In this document: one piece after another, positions 43,913 through 55,752 of the stretch | Layout of the letters: the number at the start of each line of letters is the position of its first letter | Numbering within the stretch: the first letter of the stretch is position 1 | Origin: Porphyridium purpureum | Lineage: Eukaryota | Reading direction: 5' to 3' | Assembly (NCBI GenBank): GCA_008690995.1 | Contig: VRMN01000017.1 | Span: 124,001-188,000, forward strand | DNA length: 64,000 nucleotides | Made by a program: the position numbers and the translations under genes | The notes under the pieces: model-generated | Seen by the model: only the letters and a program-made list of their open reading frames with translations | What the model was told of the DNA's origin: nothing | Database searches by the model: none

Positions 43913-44842
43913 TCATTTCGTTGACGCGTTGCGCCTGGCGCGTTTGGTGGCGGCGCTGGCGGGCGCGGAAGCGCGTGCGCCTGCCGCGTACAACCAGCAG
44001 CCTGGAGCGTGGTCGTTGACCATGCCCACGGCCTGCATGAACGCGTGGCATATCGTCGGCCCGACAAACCTGAACCCCTTCTCTTTGAGCGCCTTGCTCA
44101 TTTGCCTGGACTCGGGCGTTTCGGTCATATCAAGGAACACGGGTCGTGCGTCAACCACCAGCTGGTCGTTGCGCGGTGCGTCCGCTGCAGAAGGCTTGCT
44201 GGATTTGCGCTTCTTGGAAAGAGTATCGCCTTCCGCCTTGGCCGCACGGTCATTTTTTGGTGCAAAGGACCAGATAAACGAATCGAATGAGCCGTGCTCC
44301 GCCTGCACGCGCAAAAACGCCTGCGCGTTCCCAATCGTGCTCTTCACTTTGAGCTTGTGTCGAATGATGCCCGGGTCCTGCAGCAGCGCTTCTTCCTTCT
44401 CCGCTCCGTACGTCGCGATGATCCTCGCGTCGAATCCGTCGAATGCAACGCGGTAGCTCTCGCGGCGCTTCAGCACCGTCAGCCAATTCAGCCCGGCTTG
44501 CGCGCCTTCGAGCGTCAGCATCTCGAACAGGCGCGTATCATCATGCACAGGGACGCCCCACTCGGTGTCGTGGTACGCGATGTACAAGGGGTCATCGGTC
44601 ACCCATTTGCATCGCGGCACGTCTTGCGACGATGGCGCGTCCATGTCCGCCCTCGTGCAGCAGCGCCTCAACTTTGCACCGCGCTCTTCGCTCTGCGCGC
44701 ATGCCCGCGCCGTGAAGCGCTGTGCTGAAAGGCACACGACCGAAAGCGGCCCTCCGTGCGCCCGGAGCCGCCCAAGGCGCTGTCGGACGGCACGAGCTGC
44801 CACGACAGTCACCCACGAAGAGCAAGCCTGAACGAACGCCAT
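43913..44842 (-). CDS. DNA-3-methyladenine glycosylase I (Tag family) with MAFV transit-like N-terminus
   Basis: RCKW, YHDTEWGVP, LFEMLTLEGAQAGLNW, IIRHKLK, GFRFVGPTICHAFMQAVGMVNDH. Confidence 0.95.
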   Translation of the reverse strand: MAFVQACSSWVTVVAARAVRQRLGRLRAHGGPLSVVCLSAQRFTARACAQSEERGAKLRRCCTRADMDAPSSQDVPRCKWVTDDPLYIAYHDTEWGVPVHDDTRLFEMLTLEGAQAGLNWLTVLKRRESYRVAFDGFDARIIATYGAEKEEALLQDPGIIRHKLKVKSTIGNAQAFLRVQAEHGSFDSFIWSFAPKNDRAAKAEGDTLSKKRKSSKPSAADAPRNDQLVVDARPVFLDMTETPESRQMSKALKEKGFRFVGPTICHAFMQAVGMVNDHAPGCWLYAAGARASAPASAATKRARRNASTK

Positions 44843-45034
44843 TGGCTCACGCGCCTTAGACGCACGCTCGCAAAGGGCGAACGGCGCGGGACGCTGGCTG
44901 CGGGCAACAGGAACAAAAAAGTATGACTTTGTTGTCCATGAAGGATGAACTGCTACTGCCTATCAAAGGACAAGATGAATACACGGCCACGCGAGAAAAG
45001 TGAATGCTCAGACCTTATTAGCCCGCGCGCTCAC

Positions 45035-46225
45035 TCAGTCGACCGCTAGCAGCTGGCCGCCAAGCCATTCGGCCGCTGGTTCGATCGTGACTGGTTTGAG
45101 CGCCGCGGGCTCAACGCAAACGAAACTGCGCCAACCTGGGTCGCAGCCGTCAGCGCCGTAAGGATTCCACACCGTTGCATCTGGCAGCGTCGGTGTCTTT
45201 TTCAATTTGAGCAGCCGCAGGTTCTGAAAGTCAAACATGGCGAGCTCGTCAGGTGTGGCAAAGTGCATGCGGTCTGTGGGCTCTTCAATGCTTACACCGG
45301 CGCCACCGTCGTCGCCTCGGACACCCTCCTCGTTGTTGTTGAGCTTGTCGACAAACGACGTGTTCTCGAGGCCGTAGATGCGCGCTTGGCTCACATCGCT
45401 GACGCGAAAGTAGTTGTGGAAAGCGCTAGTAAAAGAGAAGGGCGCAGCGCCCGTGTTGCGCACGCGCAGCGACGTCTCCAGCCCAGCGTACGAAAGAATG
45501 ACAGAATACTCGAGCTCAAATGCCTTGTCGTCTGCCCACCCGCCGAACGATTCCAGCTTATCGGCGCTGCTGAGACCAAGCACACAGGCGACCGAACCGT
45601 CCGGCATCACAGAGCGCTCTTTAATCTTCCACTGCGAGTCCCGGCAAAAGCCGTGCTGCCGCATCTCTGGGCCGGGCCCGAACTGCGGGAAGCAAATTGG
45701 AATGCCGCCGCGAATTGGCTTTTGCGCGTCAAACACGGCGACATCCGACAGGAAGAAAACCTCCACGCTGCCGCCGCGCGTGGTCCAGGACGTGAGCGTG
45801 GCGCCAAACGTATACAGCGTGACCTTTTGGCTTGAAGCCGCGTGATCCAGCGTGACCGTTTGCATGCCATTCTTCCCCGTGCCAACCACCACAACGTCAT
45901 CCACGACGGGCAGGGGCACACCGGCAAGCACGGCTCCCGCAGCGTATCCCGACCCCACACCTCCAGCCAAATCACCGGCGCCACGATCTGCATCTGTCTG
46001 CACGCCAAATTCCTGCGCAAGGCTCTTTGCAATATCATCGTACGCGTCGCCACCGTCATCGCCATCGCCATCGCGCAGTGCAAGCGCGGTCACAACCGAC
46101 CTCCGAGCGAGCCGCGAGCCCAGCGTCACGCGCGACGCTCTGCGCACACATACCGCGTCATTCCCACACCGCACCCGCCCGCGCCGCGCACCAGCACTAC
46201 CACTCGGCACAAACGCGACTGCCAT
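45035..46225 (-). CDS. Aldose 1-epimerase family (glucose-6-phosphate 1-epimerase-like), plastid-targeted
   Basis: MAVAFVPSG start; KPIRGGIPICFPQFG, HGFCR, AFHNYF, VWNP, FVCVEP. Confidence 0.92.
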   Translation of the reverse strand: MAVAFVPSGSAGARRGRVRCGNDAVCVRRASRVTLGSRLARRSVVTALALRDGDGDDGGDAYDDIAKSLAQEFGVQTDADRGAGDLAGGVGSGYAAGAVLAGVPLPVVDDVVVVGTGKNGMQTVTLDHAASSQKVTLYTFGATLTSWTTRGGSVEVFFLSDVAVFDAQKPIRGGIPICFPQFGPGPEMRQHGFCRDSQWKIKERSVMPDGSVACVLGLSSADKLESFGGWADDKAFELEYSVILSYAGLETSLRVRNTGAAPFSFTSAFHNYFRVSDVSQARIYGLENTSFVDKLNNNEEGVRGDDGGAGVSIEEPTDRMHFATPDELAMFDFQNLRLLKLKKTPTLPDATVWNPYGADGCDPGWRSFVCVEPAALKPVTIEPAAEWLGGQLLAVD

Positions 46226-47370
46226 CGCACCACCGCCACCGCACGGCGCCGTCACAGCACGACCAGAACAACCCACAGATCCTGTCTCCTCAAACAATCT
46301 TTCCCTCCTCCTCACTTCCTTCCTCTCGCGCCTCCAACTCCCAGAAAAATCCCCCGCTGTACCACCAACTGTACACATTCCCGCTGTACCTTCTACTGTA
46401 CATGGCCACTATTCTTTCCCATCAAAACACCGAGCTTTTAAAGACGCATGCTCTATATGTACACTGCTTTCTTCTTATAGTACAATATTTATGTATAATA
46501 AAACGGGCGTGTTTTGGTATAAGAATCATCGGCAAGGCAGAACGCGAGGAGCTGTACTTTTATGTACAGTATATCTGCTCCTGAGCCGAGTTGCGCGTCG
46601 GCACCGCGGCGATGTGCGCTGGTTCCCGCGAAATGCGGTGGCGACCCATGTGCTTATGGCGCGGCAGTATGTGAGTTGCTCTGCTGAAGCGCGAACAGAC
46701 ACCTCCGTGAAACTCAGAATCTGCCGTGCTTGCTCCCGCCCACTTGCCGCAGCTCACCACGCTGTTGTGCAAGCCAAACACGATTTCGCGTCGTGCACGC
46801 AAGTCCGCATGCGACCCAGTCAGCGACCCCAGCGTCGAGCACGAGAAACGCTGCGTTGACCGCGCTCCGAGTTTTTCCCGTGCGCTGAAGCTTGGCCGGT
46901 GTTTGACGCGTCATGGTGTTTTACAAAGTTTTAGCCGCTTCCGCAGTCCGACGGATCTGTGTAGCAGATCCACTCGGCCGCGCGTCCATCGACGCAGCGA
47001 GCGCTCGCGCTGACGTGCACCACGGGACTTATTCTATCATTCTTCTACCATTCTAAACCAACACTCTCGTGTACTCCACCTAAGGACTATTCGTCGCACC
47101 GCTGACTGTGCTCGCGAAGGGTGTGCGCAACCTGCCGCTGCATGCCGAATGGCACAGCGATGCAAGCACGCACATCCGCGCCGCACGAAAGCATCCAGTC
47201 TCGCGTGTGCCATAATATTAGCGCGGCTACGCCGCTGCACCAAGCCGCCGCGCGCGCTCAGTTAATCCATGCAGTGCCCCAGTCGAGAACATGGCACCGC
47301 TGCCGCCAACCGTACATCCAAGCACGCGCTTCCAAACAAGCGATCGTGATATTCTCACGCGCAAAGCAGC

Positions 47371-50300
47371 CTAGCCTACAAGGTCGAATCCGTGCGTTAA
47401 CGACGCATTCAGCACCTTGTCGGGGTGGTTGAACGGAAGAGTCTCAACGGCGACCATTTCGACATCAAGCTCGAGCGCGTACACCTCTCCGTCCAGAAAA
47501 AGAATCTCAGCCACGTCGAGAGATACTTCATCCTCCCATTCGGCGCCTTCCAGCAGGCGGGCAAGCTCGCCGTCTGCAATCATGCCCTCCGAACCCCAAC
47601 CTTCGTCTTCCACGTCAAGCATCGTGCCGCTGCCCGCTGCGCTGCTACCCGTGCCCCCGGCGCTGGTGCTGCGGAAACCCACCAGGCACGGGTCGAGCGG
47701 GACGCAAGTTACCATATCCTGGTCAAACGAGGAAACGACTTGCGCGATGGCACTCTCAAACGTATTGGTAATGACGTGCGAAGCCGTGCCGTACGCGTGA
47801 TGCGTCTGAAGCGCAACCATATGCGGAGGCCCGGACACCACGTGATGCTGCGGGTGGTGCAGCATCAGGTGCGGCACCCTTCGCACTCGCGCATTATGAC
47901 TCGCGTCGTTGCTTGGAATCACGGATCCATTCAGGCCGTCGCCTTCAACGCCAGCCTCCAAGCCATCCTGGGCTGCCACCACACCGAGCGCTTGCGCCTC
48001 TGCTGATGGAGCAACAATACCAGGCGTCGGCACCGCACCCGCACTCGCGGAAGGCGTCGCACCCGCCAATGTTGGTACGGTTGGAGCGGTCGCCGCCGCT
48101 TGGGATACAGACGCCGGCCTGGGCGTGGAGACCACAGACGTGGCAGCGTGCTTCGCACTGCTGGTGTTCTTCCCACTCGGTGCGCTAGACGTACTTGCCC
48201 CACCAAAGTTTGCCGCGCTGAGTTGCGGAAGAAGCTGCGAAACGGCTGCAGCCGCTGCAGCCGCGGCAAGTGCACCCTTTGCAGTACCGTCGAGTTTGTC
48301 TTGGCCCGTGTACACTTCGCAATCGGTGTGCTTTGCAAGGTACTGCTGGATGTTCTTCGCGAGGGGCGCGGCGTTGCCAGCAATCTTCCGGCGCTCCACA
48401 CGGTTCCAAATGGCGACATGCTCGCCACCGCTTGCAACATAGTTGGCTGCCAAACCACTTGGCTGTCCATTCTCGCAAAAGCGGAACGGCGAGCTCTTTG
48501 GACGCATGCCGTCCACGAGATCCTGTCCGGCATACACCTCGCAATCTGGATGCTTCTCCAAATATCGCGGCAAGTTCTTACCCAGTGGCGCCGCATTGCC
48601 AGCGATCTTTCGCTGCTCCCGTCGATTCCAGATCGTCACGTGTTCGCCCAACCCAAACGCCTCTGGGTCCGTGCGCATTGTCATTCGCCCAGAAGAAGCC
48701 TCTGACATGGTCGCGCCGGCGCTCTTGCTGCTGCTGCTCGCAGTTGCCTGTTGCTTTGACGACGATGCTATTGTGGAACCCCCCGCCACCTCGGGAACTG
48801 TCGCTCCGTTGACCAGCGTGCTTGACTTGAGAATTGCCGCCGACATATCTTGATGTCCTGTGCTCACGGATGCAACTTCAGAAACTGCATCAGAGTTGGC
48901 GGTGGACTGCAATTTTTGGTCATCATTCGACACGTGAGGCTCCGCTGCTGCCTTGACCACCTCCTCCGCATCAGAACCGGGAGAAAGATGAGTCTTGCAA
49001 GCCGATGGCGTGGCGATCTGCGACGCAGAGTTCTGGCGACGAAGCTGCGCCTCCTTTGCAGCCGGAATTTGCTGCGGTTGCGCCATCGGTGCTGGTGCTT
49101 TGCTTTCGACTGCCACGAGGGCTGCGGCAGCCACCTGTTCGTGTGGCGCGGTCGATACTTCCATTTTCAGCGGCTTTGGTGTGGAAACATCCTCATTCGT
49201 CGGAATAGCTTCCGACTGAGATCCACCAGTCTCAGCCGCGGCGCCTACCTTCGCCTTGGGAGCTACTACTACAGGCGCATCCGCACTACCATTGGTAGCT
49301 AGACTGGCAGGCGCCGGCGGAGGACCACTAGGAGCAGCCGAGGTGCTTGCAGGTGTCATGCCAACACACGAGTCAATAGAGACGGCGCTTCTTTTTGCTG
49401 GCCTGTCTGCAGAGTCCTCCGAGGATGCTTCAGCCCCAGAGCCCTCCATGCTGGAGACACTTCTCTTGTGGTTGGTCAAGGCAGGGGTGGATATGCTGCT
49501 GCTCACATTCCTAGAGCTCGTCAGTTTAGTCAGCTCCTCCGATCGGATCGCCGCATTCAGAACCACCGCAGCCGACGCCGCGCGAGTAGACCCCATTGAG
49601 CCGCCGCTCAAAGCTGATCGGTTCAAGTTTGAGTTAGCCGGGGTCACTGGGCTCAGCCCTGATGGCGTGCCCGCTTCGTCATGTCTCGCCATCGGCACCT
49701 TCTTTGAGTCACGCACCGGCGTGCTCAGCATGTCCATGCTGAGTGTCGAAGATTCCGAGCTTTTGGCGATCGGCCTTGAACCAAGTATGGTGACTGCTTC
49801 TGCCTCTGCCGGCTTGGTGGGAAATTCAGTACGCTCGATCGGTGCGCAGGCAGGCGCCTTTTCAGCGGTGGCGGGTGCGGGACCGTTTGCCGCCGATTCC
49901 TGCGAGCTCGCCTTGCCACTCACGGGGGCGACCACGCTGGGAGGAGACGTTGAGCCTGTTACAGGCGCCGTCGCGGTCCTGGGCAGCTGGGGAATGGTTT
50001 CTCCAGACACCACCGAGGCGGCCGGCTTGCCCAAGGACACCATGGCTGCACCTGGTTTGGCCGCGAGCGTTGCGTGACCAGATTGTTCCTGCTGTTGACC
50101 TTGACCCTTTTGGACCGAGTGGAGAATGGACGCTTGCTTCGTAGTCGTCACGGCGTGGCCCTGCGGGACGGTCGTTGCAAGCGGCTTGGCCGCGGCCGGC
50201 GCCTGGGCTGGCGCAGTGGCTGCTGCTACGGAATGGCCCGGCACCTTGGATGGCACTGGAAGAGCGGCAGATGCAACCCGTGAGGCGCCGACCCCCTTGT

Positions 50301-50691
50301 GCTGGAGAGCGCCCAGTGCAAGCAATGACTTGGACTTTTGCGCTGCCGGGGTGGCGCCGGCCATTTTGACCGGGATGACCGTGCCCTTGGTTGGAACGGG
50401 CCTCCATCCTGCTGCTGCCGGCGCCGGCTTGGGGCCGCTTTGGTGTTGCTGGGCGAGCGCGCTAAGAACAGTCTTCACCGGGGTTGAAGCCACCGGCGCG
50501 CTGCTCGCGGCAGGCTTCTTGATGACCGGGACCGCGCCCAGGCGAAACGGCGCTTGCTGTTGCACGCGCTGACTTTGCTGATTTTGCTGTTGTTGTTGAT
50601 GATGTTGATGTTGCGGCGGCGGCGCGACGGAGCTGCTTCGCGTGCCGCCGCCGCCCGGCGCTGGGACCGTGGATCTCACAGTCCCATCCAT
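47371..50691 (-). CDS. Low-complexity protein with two BRK-like domains
   Basis: Ala/Ser/Pro-rich ORF. Repeated [20 protein letters not shown]...YL.KH.DCEVY.GQD resembles the BRK domain of CHD7/BRG1. Confidence 0.75.
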   Translation of the reverse strand: MDGTVRSTVPAPGGGGTRSSSVAPPPQHQHHQQQQQNQQSQRVQQQAPFRLGAVPVIKKPAASSAPVASTPVKTVLSALAQQHQSGPKPAPAAAGWRPVPTKGTVIPVKMAGATPAAQKSKSLLALGALQHKGVGASRVASAALPVPSKVPGHSVAAATAPAQAPAAAKPLATTVPQGHAVTTTKQASILHSVQKGQGQQQEQSGHATLAAKPGAAMVSLGKPAASVVSGETIPQLPRTATAPVTGSTSPPSVVAPVSGKASSQESAANGPAPATAEKAPACAPIERTEFPTKPAEAEAVTILGSRPIAKSSESSTLSMDMLSTPVRDSKKVPMARHDEAGTPSGLSPVTPANSNLNRSALSGGSMGSTRAASAAVVLNAAIRSEELTKLTSSRNVSSSISTPALTNHKRSVSSMEGSGAEASSEDSADRPAKRSAVSIDSCVGMTPASTSAAPSGPPPAPASLATNGSADAPVVVAPKAKVGAAAETGGSQSEAIPTNEDVSTPKPLKMEVSTAPHEQVAAAALVAVESKAPAPMAQPQQIPAAKEAQLRRQNSASQIATPSACKTHLSPGSDAEEVVKAAAEPHVSNDDQKLQSTANSDAVSEVASVSTGHQDMSAAILKSSTLVNGATVPEVAGGSTIASSSKQQATASSSSKSAGATMSEASSGRMTMRTDPEAFGLGEHVTIWNRREQRKIAGNAAPLGKNLPRYLEKHPDCEVYAGQDLVDGMRPKSSPFRFCENGQPSGLAANYVASGGEHVAIWNRVERRKIAGNAAPLAKNIQQYLAKHTDCEVYTGQDKLDGTAKGALAAAAAAAAVSQLLPQLSAANFGGASTSSAPSGKNTSSAKHAATSVVSTPRPASVSQAAATAPTVPTLAGATPSASAGAVPTPGIVAPSAEAQALGVVAAQDGLEAGVEGDGLNGSVIPSNDASHNARVRRVPHLMLHHPQHHVVSGPPHMVALQTHHAYGTASHVITNTFESAIAQVVSSFDQDMVTCVPLDPCLVGFRSTSAGGTGSSAAGSGTMLDVEDEGWGSEGMIADGELARLLEGAEWEDEVSLDVAEILFLDGEVYALELDVEMVAVETLPFNHPDKVLNASLTHGFDLVG

Positions 50692-51472
50692 TCTATCCGA
50701 AAGGGCTCCAGCGTGCCCCGCGCACACCCCCCGATCGCGCCTTTTCTTTCCCCCCTACCCAATCTACGGCAACCGCGCGCCCCTTGTACGCGTCTCAGCA
50801 CGTACTTCTTCTTCGTCGTCCTTTCCTTGTTCTCCGCGCGATCTGCGGGCGGCACATGTGTGAGGCAGCCACCAAAACAAAAACAAGCACCGCAAGGACC
50901 CAACGCCCCCCCTTTCTCTTCCCACTCGCTCCGCCGCAACGCCACGCACTGCCACCAACCCCACTTCCCGCACACGCCCGCAGATTCCCCCGCGTTCCTC
51001 ACCGCTTCTCCTCTTTCCGTTGTCCCACACACACACTCCCTCAATCTCTCCCTTCGCGCTCTCCTCCTCCTCCCCGCCTCCCTTGTTCCCCGTCACGCCA
51101 CAACCTCCGTGTGCAATGCCTAGTAAAACGGCCCTGTTCTGCTATGGACGACGGCCGCGACACGTCCGCTTTCTCCCCCTCTTTCCCCCTCCTCTTCCCC
51201 TGTCTCTCCTGTCCTCACCACCACAACAACAAATCGCCACACGCTCGTTTGTTTTTTCGTGCCGCCTTCCTACTCAAACACCGCGCGTTTCTATGAAAAC
51301 ACCAAAACGACCCTTCCTCTTCTTTGTAGACATAGATAAACCAACCCAATCGACATAGTAAGCAAGTAAGTAAATCAGCCGCGTTGATAATAGACGAAGA
51401 ATCATCAATCAACCAACCAACCAATCTCCACCACCAGTAAGTTGCCACGATTATTATGATACTCATAATTCC

Positions 51473-51508
51473 TACTTACTACTTACTACTTACTACTTAC
51501 TACTTACT
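51473..51508. repeat. (TACT)n tetranucleotide microsatellite
   Basis: Seen directly. Confidence 0.9.
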
Positions 51509-52723
51509 AGTGATAGCGCTAGTGCTAGTCCAAACAAGTGAACGTGTGTGTGTGTGTATGTAGAGTGTGTGGTTTTGATAGTAAGCTAGCTGCTGGTCTT
51601 GGTGGTGGGTTGAGTGAGTGGTTATGAGTGGTTGTGCTTGAGACTGGACCCGGCGGAAGGTGGGTTGTGGTGGAGAGCGGCGGCTGTACCATGTGAAGAA
51701 CGTGTCGGTTTGGTAAGGGCGTGAGCGAGCGTGTGACGGGGTACATGTGCGCCGTGGCCTGCGTGGCCGGAGCGGCGGCAGCAGCACGAACCGCACGCGC
51801 CAGGCGGCGGTTGCGCGGCGGCGCGGCGTGCGCTCGCTCGCTTGTCGCGTGGCGCGGCGTGCGCGGCAGAGCACAAGCACACACTGTACGTAGTGGTACA
51901 GTGATGGTACAGTGGAGTACAGCGTGGGCGGGAAGTTGGTGTGCGCGAGAGGGGGTGGATCCGGTTGGCCGCTGCGAGATGGCGGTCGCGGATGGTGGTC
52001 ATGCCACGCGCTTGGGACGCTTTTCGCGACGTCGGCGATGTGTGGGCATTGCTTGACTCACAGATCCATGGGCCCAATCAGGAATAGTTGAAGATTTGTC
52101 GCTTCACATGAATGGCTTGGCGTCGTTCTCTCTCTCTCTCTCTACACAGACACACACACAAAGCACGCAGAATCCTTGCTCGCGGGAAATGTGCGACGAG
52201 TTGGTACGCACAAGCAGAGCGAACCTTTTCACTCGTTCACACTTGTTCCGTTTGCCATGTCACATGGGGATGCGCCGCGGGCGCATCCACGAGAACAGAG
52301 GGTCTAGACTGGCAAGATCGCGCATGGAGAGAAGCAGACACACACACAGGCACACACCGCGAAGCAGAAACTCTGCCGGCTGCCGCCCATGCCGGCATCG
52401 CCAAGATTCGCGCAGCGCACGCGGGCGCAGGAAACCGCGGCGCGCTCTGGTCGTGCGTGTGCGCAGCTCGCTCGAACGCACGTGCGCGGCCGCTGCGTTG
52501 CATGCTCCCCGCAAACCCCAACCGCGTCCACATCGCACCCGCACCACCACGTGCGCCGTTTCATCATAATGTTAAAATGAAAATGTTATTTAACTATTCG
52601 TGATGTTAAAGAATGCGAGTGGTTTCGAGGCGACTCGCGGGAAGGCGCGATAGTGTGGAGACTGGGGCGCGGCTGGCCGGCTGAACTGGCTTGCGCGTGC
52701 TGCTCGCATCTGCTCCGCAAGCC

Positions 52724-55519
52724 ATGGCTCCTCTTCGACGCAGCGCGCGAGTGTCCGCAGACTCGTCGGCGGCTGGTTCTGGGCCTGCGTCCTCGACGGC
52801 ATTGGAGCAGCGTGAACTGCCGCCGCAGCAGAATGTGGTCGCAATCCCGGCCGATCAGGCGCAGGGCCTCGCGTCGGACAAGCAGACACATGCAGACTCG
52901 GAATCAGGTGCGAGTCAACGCCAGGAACAGGACGAAGCGTGTTCGCGCTGTGGAGAGGAAGACGTTGCGCGGCGCGGCGTGATGCTGCTGTGCGATGCCT
53001 GCCCGCGCGCGTGGCACGTCGCGTGCTTGGAAATGGGCTGGGACGTGCATGACGTGTCGCAGTTCCCAAAGCATGCGCTGTGGCACTGCCCAACCTGCTC
53101 CAAGCAGCAAGGCGGCGAGTTTCTTCCCGATGCGACTGCTAAAGTCGTTGCCAGCGCCGCTTCTTCCCGCGCTGTGACTACCAACAGGACGAAGCGGCGC
53201 GCTGAAGAGCATGCAGCCGGGCAACAAGAAACTCATCCTGGGCAACATCTCGCGCAGCGCTCCTTGCGGCGGCGAAAGGCCAGCGGAAGCACTGACCATG
53301 AAAGCTCTGGGCGGCACTATCCCGGTCGGGCGCAAGCTGTTCACGACGCTCTTGCATCCACCCATGTCTCTGCACGAAACGCTGCCACGCAAGCACCGGG
53401 CCCAGCCGACGTGTCTGCATCGCTTGCGTCCGCCCAGTCGCAGCCGCGGATCGAGGATGATCCGATGCGACCAGTCGAGCCAGCGTCACGGGCAGAAGAA
53501 GACGACGAGGCTCTCGCGCGAAGGCCTGGAGCTTCGCCCAACACCGCGCTTCGGGTTGCTCTCGCACGTGCGGGTGCTTTCGCTCGCGGGGAGGGCTTCC
53601 TTGACGACGCCGGCGGCAATGCGGCGGCGGATGCCCTGGGCGGAGGAGACAGTGGTGAAGAATCCAGCGACAGCAGCAGCAGCAACAGCAGTCGTGGTTT
53701 TGGGGAGCACGGCCGTGATGAAGGAGGGTCCAGTGAGAGCGATGTTGAGGGTCGCGCCGAGCGCACCATGCGTGGCATACGCGCACACTTGGACCATGTG
53801 GAGAGCTGGCCGGGCCCATACGCGACGGCACACGCGTACGCGATCCAGCGAGCTCGTCTGCGCGGAGACAGCGGCGCTCAAAGCAGTACAGATCTTGCCA
53901 CGGAAGGTAAAGATGCACGCGGGACCTATAAAATGACCAAGAGGCGGCTTGAGTTTCCGTCGCTGCGGGACCTTGCCATGCACACCATTGTGGACGAATT
54001 GAGAAAACTTCGGGACTCCTTCATCCAACGAGAAAAGGCGGCGCAGGTGGAGGAAGAGCAACGCGTGCTCGCGTTATCTGTTCGCAAGGCGGTGCCCAAA
54101 GGCGCTGCGGCAGATCCCGACGCGCGTCGAGAGCCCCAAATGATCGAGGTTGACCCAGACGATCTGTGGCAAGGCCCGCTCCAGGAGCTCGCCGTGGTGT
54201 TTCCACACGAACTCGAACGGCTAGCGCAGAGACTTGCGTGCGAGCGCCGGTTGGACCGGGTGCTTGTGCGTCTTTTCTCGGCTCCGGATGCGCGTGTGCT
54301 GCAAATTCCAGACTGCTCGGGCCTATCCGAACAGCAGCTGCGAGACGCCGTGGCGCGTGTGGTTGGAGAAAGCGACGTCCAAACAGGTGTGGATTCAAAT
54401 AACGAAAGACATCACGAAACGGGACGCGAACCGTGCAAGTTGGAAACGGTCCACCTATGGTTTTGCGGTCGGTGCCTGGGCCCGCGCACGCTCGCGTTGC
54501 TGGGCAAGGCGACACGTATCACAAGCTTGGCGCTCGGCGGCGCGTTTGCGATTCGTAGTGAGGCGTTGCTTTCGTGCGTGCGCAAACTCCCGCTGCTGAA
54601 CTCGCTCCGCCTTTCCGCAGCGTCCAAGTTGTTTGCACCATTCATGCAAGAGCTTTCTGGATTGGAGCACCTGCGCTGCAACTTAGTGGAGCTGCATCTT
54701 GATGATATGCCCGACCTCCTTGACGCCGCCGCTGTGCGTTGCATTGGCGCGTTCACCAATTTACGTAGCCTCTCACTTCAGGGACTCAACTTTGTGATCA
54801 AGCCGACGAACGAAGAGGCAAAGACGAATCCGCACACGCGTTTGAACACCGAACTAATTTCTGCACTTGCGTACGCGCTGTCGCAGTTGCCAAGGTTGGA
54901 GCGGCTCGACCTGTCGCAACCTTATCTTCCGCTGTCCAAGAAACTTGATCGCAAAGGCTCTGGCCGAATATGTCGGATCATTGGTAGACACGCTCGCATG
55001 TTGACGCATCTGAAGCTGACCCATTTTGCAGGGATGCGCGACAAGCATCTGATCAAGCTTAGTCGCTCCTGCGCACGATTGCAGCAGCTTAGTCTGCGAC
55101 AGAACCGATATCTCACGGATGCAGGACTCCAGCACATCCTCATGGATGTCAGCAGTGTGGGGAGCTCTACGATTGAGCGCCGCGCGGGCGCCCCGACAAG
55201 GACAGGGTGCCGTTTAGAGTACCTGGATGTATCTGGCCTAGCGTTTTTGACGGACGACTTTATGCGGGTGCTTTGCGGAGCGGCCTTGGATTCGCTCAAA
55301 TATGTGGACATTTCCTTTTGCCGGAAGCTGTCGCCTGAAGTACTCCTGACACTTGTCAACAAAGGCGCCTCCATGCGCGAATTGTGTGTTCGCGGCTGTT
55401 CTCAGCTCACAGACGACAACTTTGTCCAGCATATTGTCAACCCGTTCATCGGGCTTGTGAGTTACGGCATGGAGTCCAAAATGGCACTCAATCCGACCAC
55501 GCTCAAAATGCGTCTGTGA
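52724..55519 (+). CDS. Rad7-like LRR protein (global-genome NER) with N-terminal PHD finger
   Basis: PHD C4HC3 CSRC...LLCDACPRAWHVACL...WHCPTC; SWPGPYATA; BC-box-like FPSLRDLA; cysteine-containing LRRs (FCGRCLG, LDVSG, VDISFCRKL, RGCSQLTD). Confidence 0.75.
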   Translation: MAPLRRSARVSADSSAAGSGPASSTALEQRELPPQQNVVAIPADQAQGLASDKQTHADSESGASQRQEQDEACSRCGEEDVARRGVMLLCDACPRAWHVACLEMGWDVHDVSQFPKHALWHCPTCSKQQGGEFLPDATAKVVASAASSRAVTTNRTKRRAEEHAAGQQETHPGQHLAQRSLRRRKASGSTDHESSGRHYPGRAQAVHDALASTHVSARNAATQAPGPADVSASLASAQSQPRIEDDPMRPVEPASRAEEDDEALARRPGASPNTALRVALARAGAFARGEGFLDDAGGNAAADALGGGDSGEESSDSSSSNSSRGFGEHGRDEGGSSESDVEGRAERTMRGIRAHLDHVESWPGPYATAHAYAIQRARLRGDSGAQSSTDLATEGKDARGTYKMTKRRLEFPSLRDLAMHTIVDELRKLRDSFIQREKAAQVEEEQRVLALSVRKAVPKGAAADPDARREPQMIEVDPDDLWQGPLQELAVVFPHELERLAQRLACERRLDRVLVRLFSAPDARVLQIPDCSGLSEQQLRDAVARVVGESDVQTGVDSNNERHHETGREPCKLETVHLWFCGRCLGPRTLALLGKATRITSLALGGAFAIRSEALLSCVRKLPLLNSLRLSAASKLFAPFMQELSGLEHLRCNLVELHLDDMPDLLDAAAVRCIGAFTNLRSLSLQGLNFVIKPTNEEAKTNPHTRLNTELISALAYALSQLPRLERLDLSQPYLPLSKKLDRKGSGRICRIIGRHARMLTHLKLTHFAGMRDKHLIKLSRSCARLQQLSLRQNRYLTDAGLQHILMDVSSVGSSTIERRAGAPTRTGCRLEYLDVSGLAFLTDDFMRVLCGAALDSLKYVDISFCRKLSPEVLLTLVNKGASMRELCVRGCSQLTDDNFVQHIVNPFIGLVSYGMESKMALNPTTLKMRL

Positions 55520-55752
55520 AGGCTGCGTATCTAAAAGTACGTCAAAGCCCACTAAAGATGTCAGCCACGCTCATCAGCGCCTTGCTTTGCATTGCTGCTT
55601 GCGCGCGTGCTGCTAGCCGCCGCTTTCTGTGCTCGCGAGCGCAAAGACGCGCGGGCGCACATCGTTCGCTGTCCTTCGTTTGCAGTTCTGTACGCACAGC
55701 ATGCCCGTATTGAGCTTCGCAACACGGACCGTGTAGCCGCGGTGTACTTCCT

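Noticed and set aside
43913..55519. Apparent cluster of DNA-repair/chromatin genes (Tag, BRK, PHD-Rad7)
   Set aside because: Interspersed with unrelated genes; no evidence of functional clustering beyond chance in a compact genome
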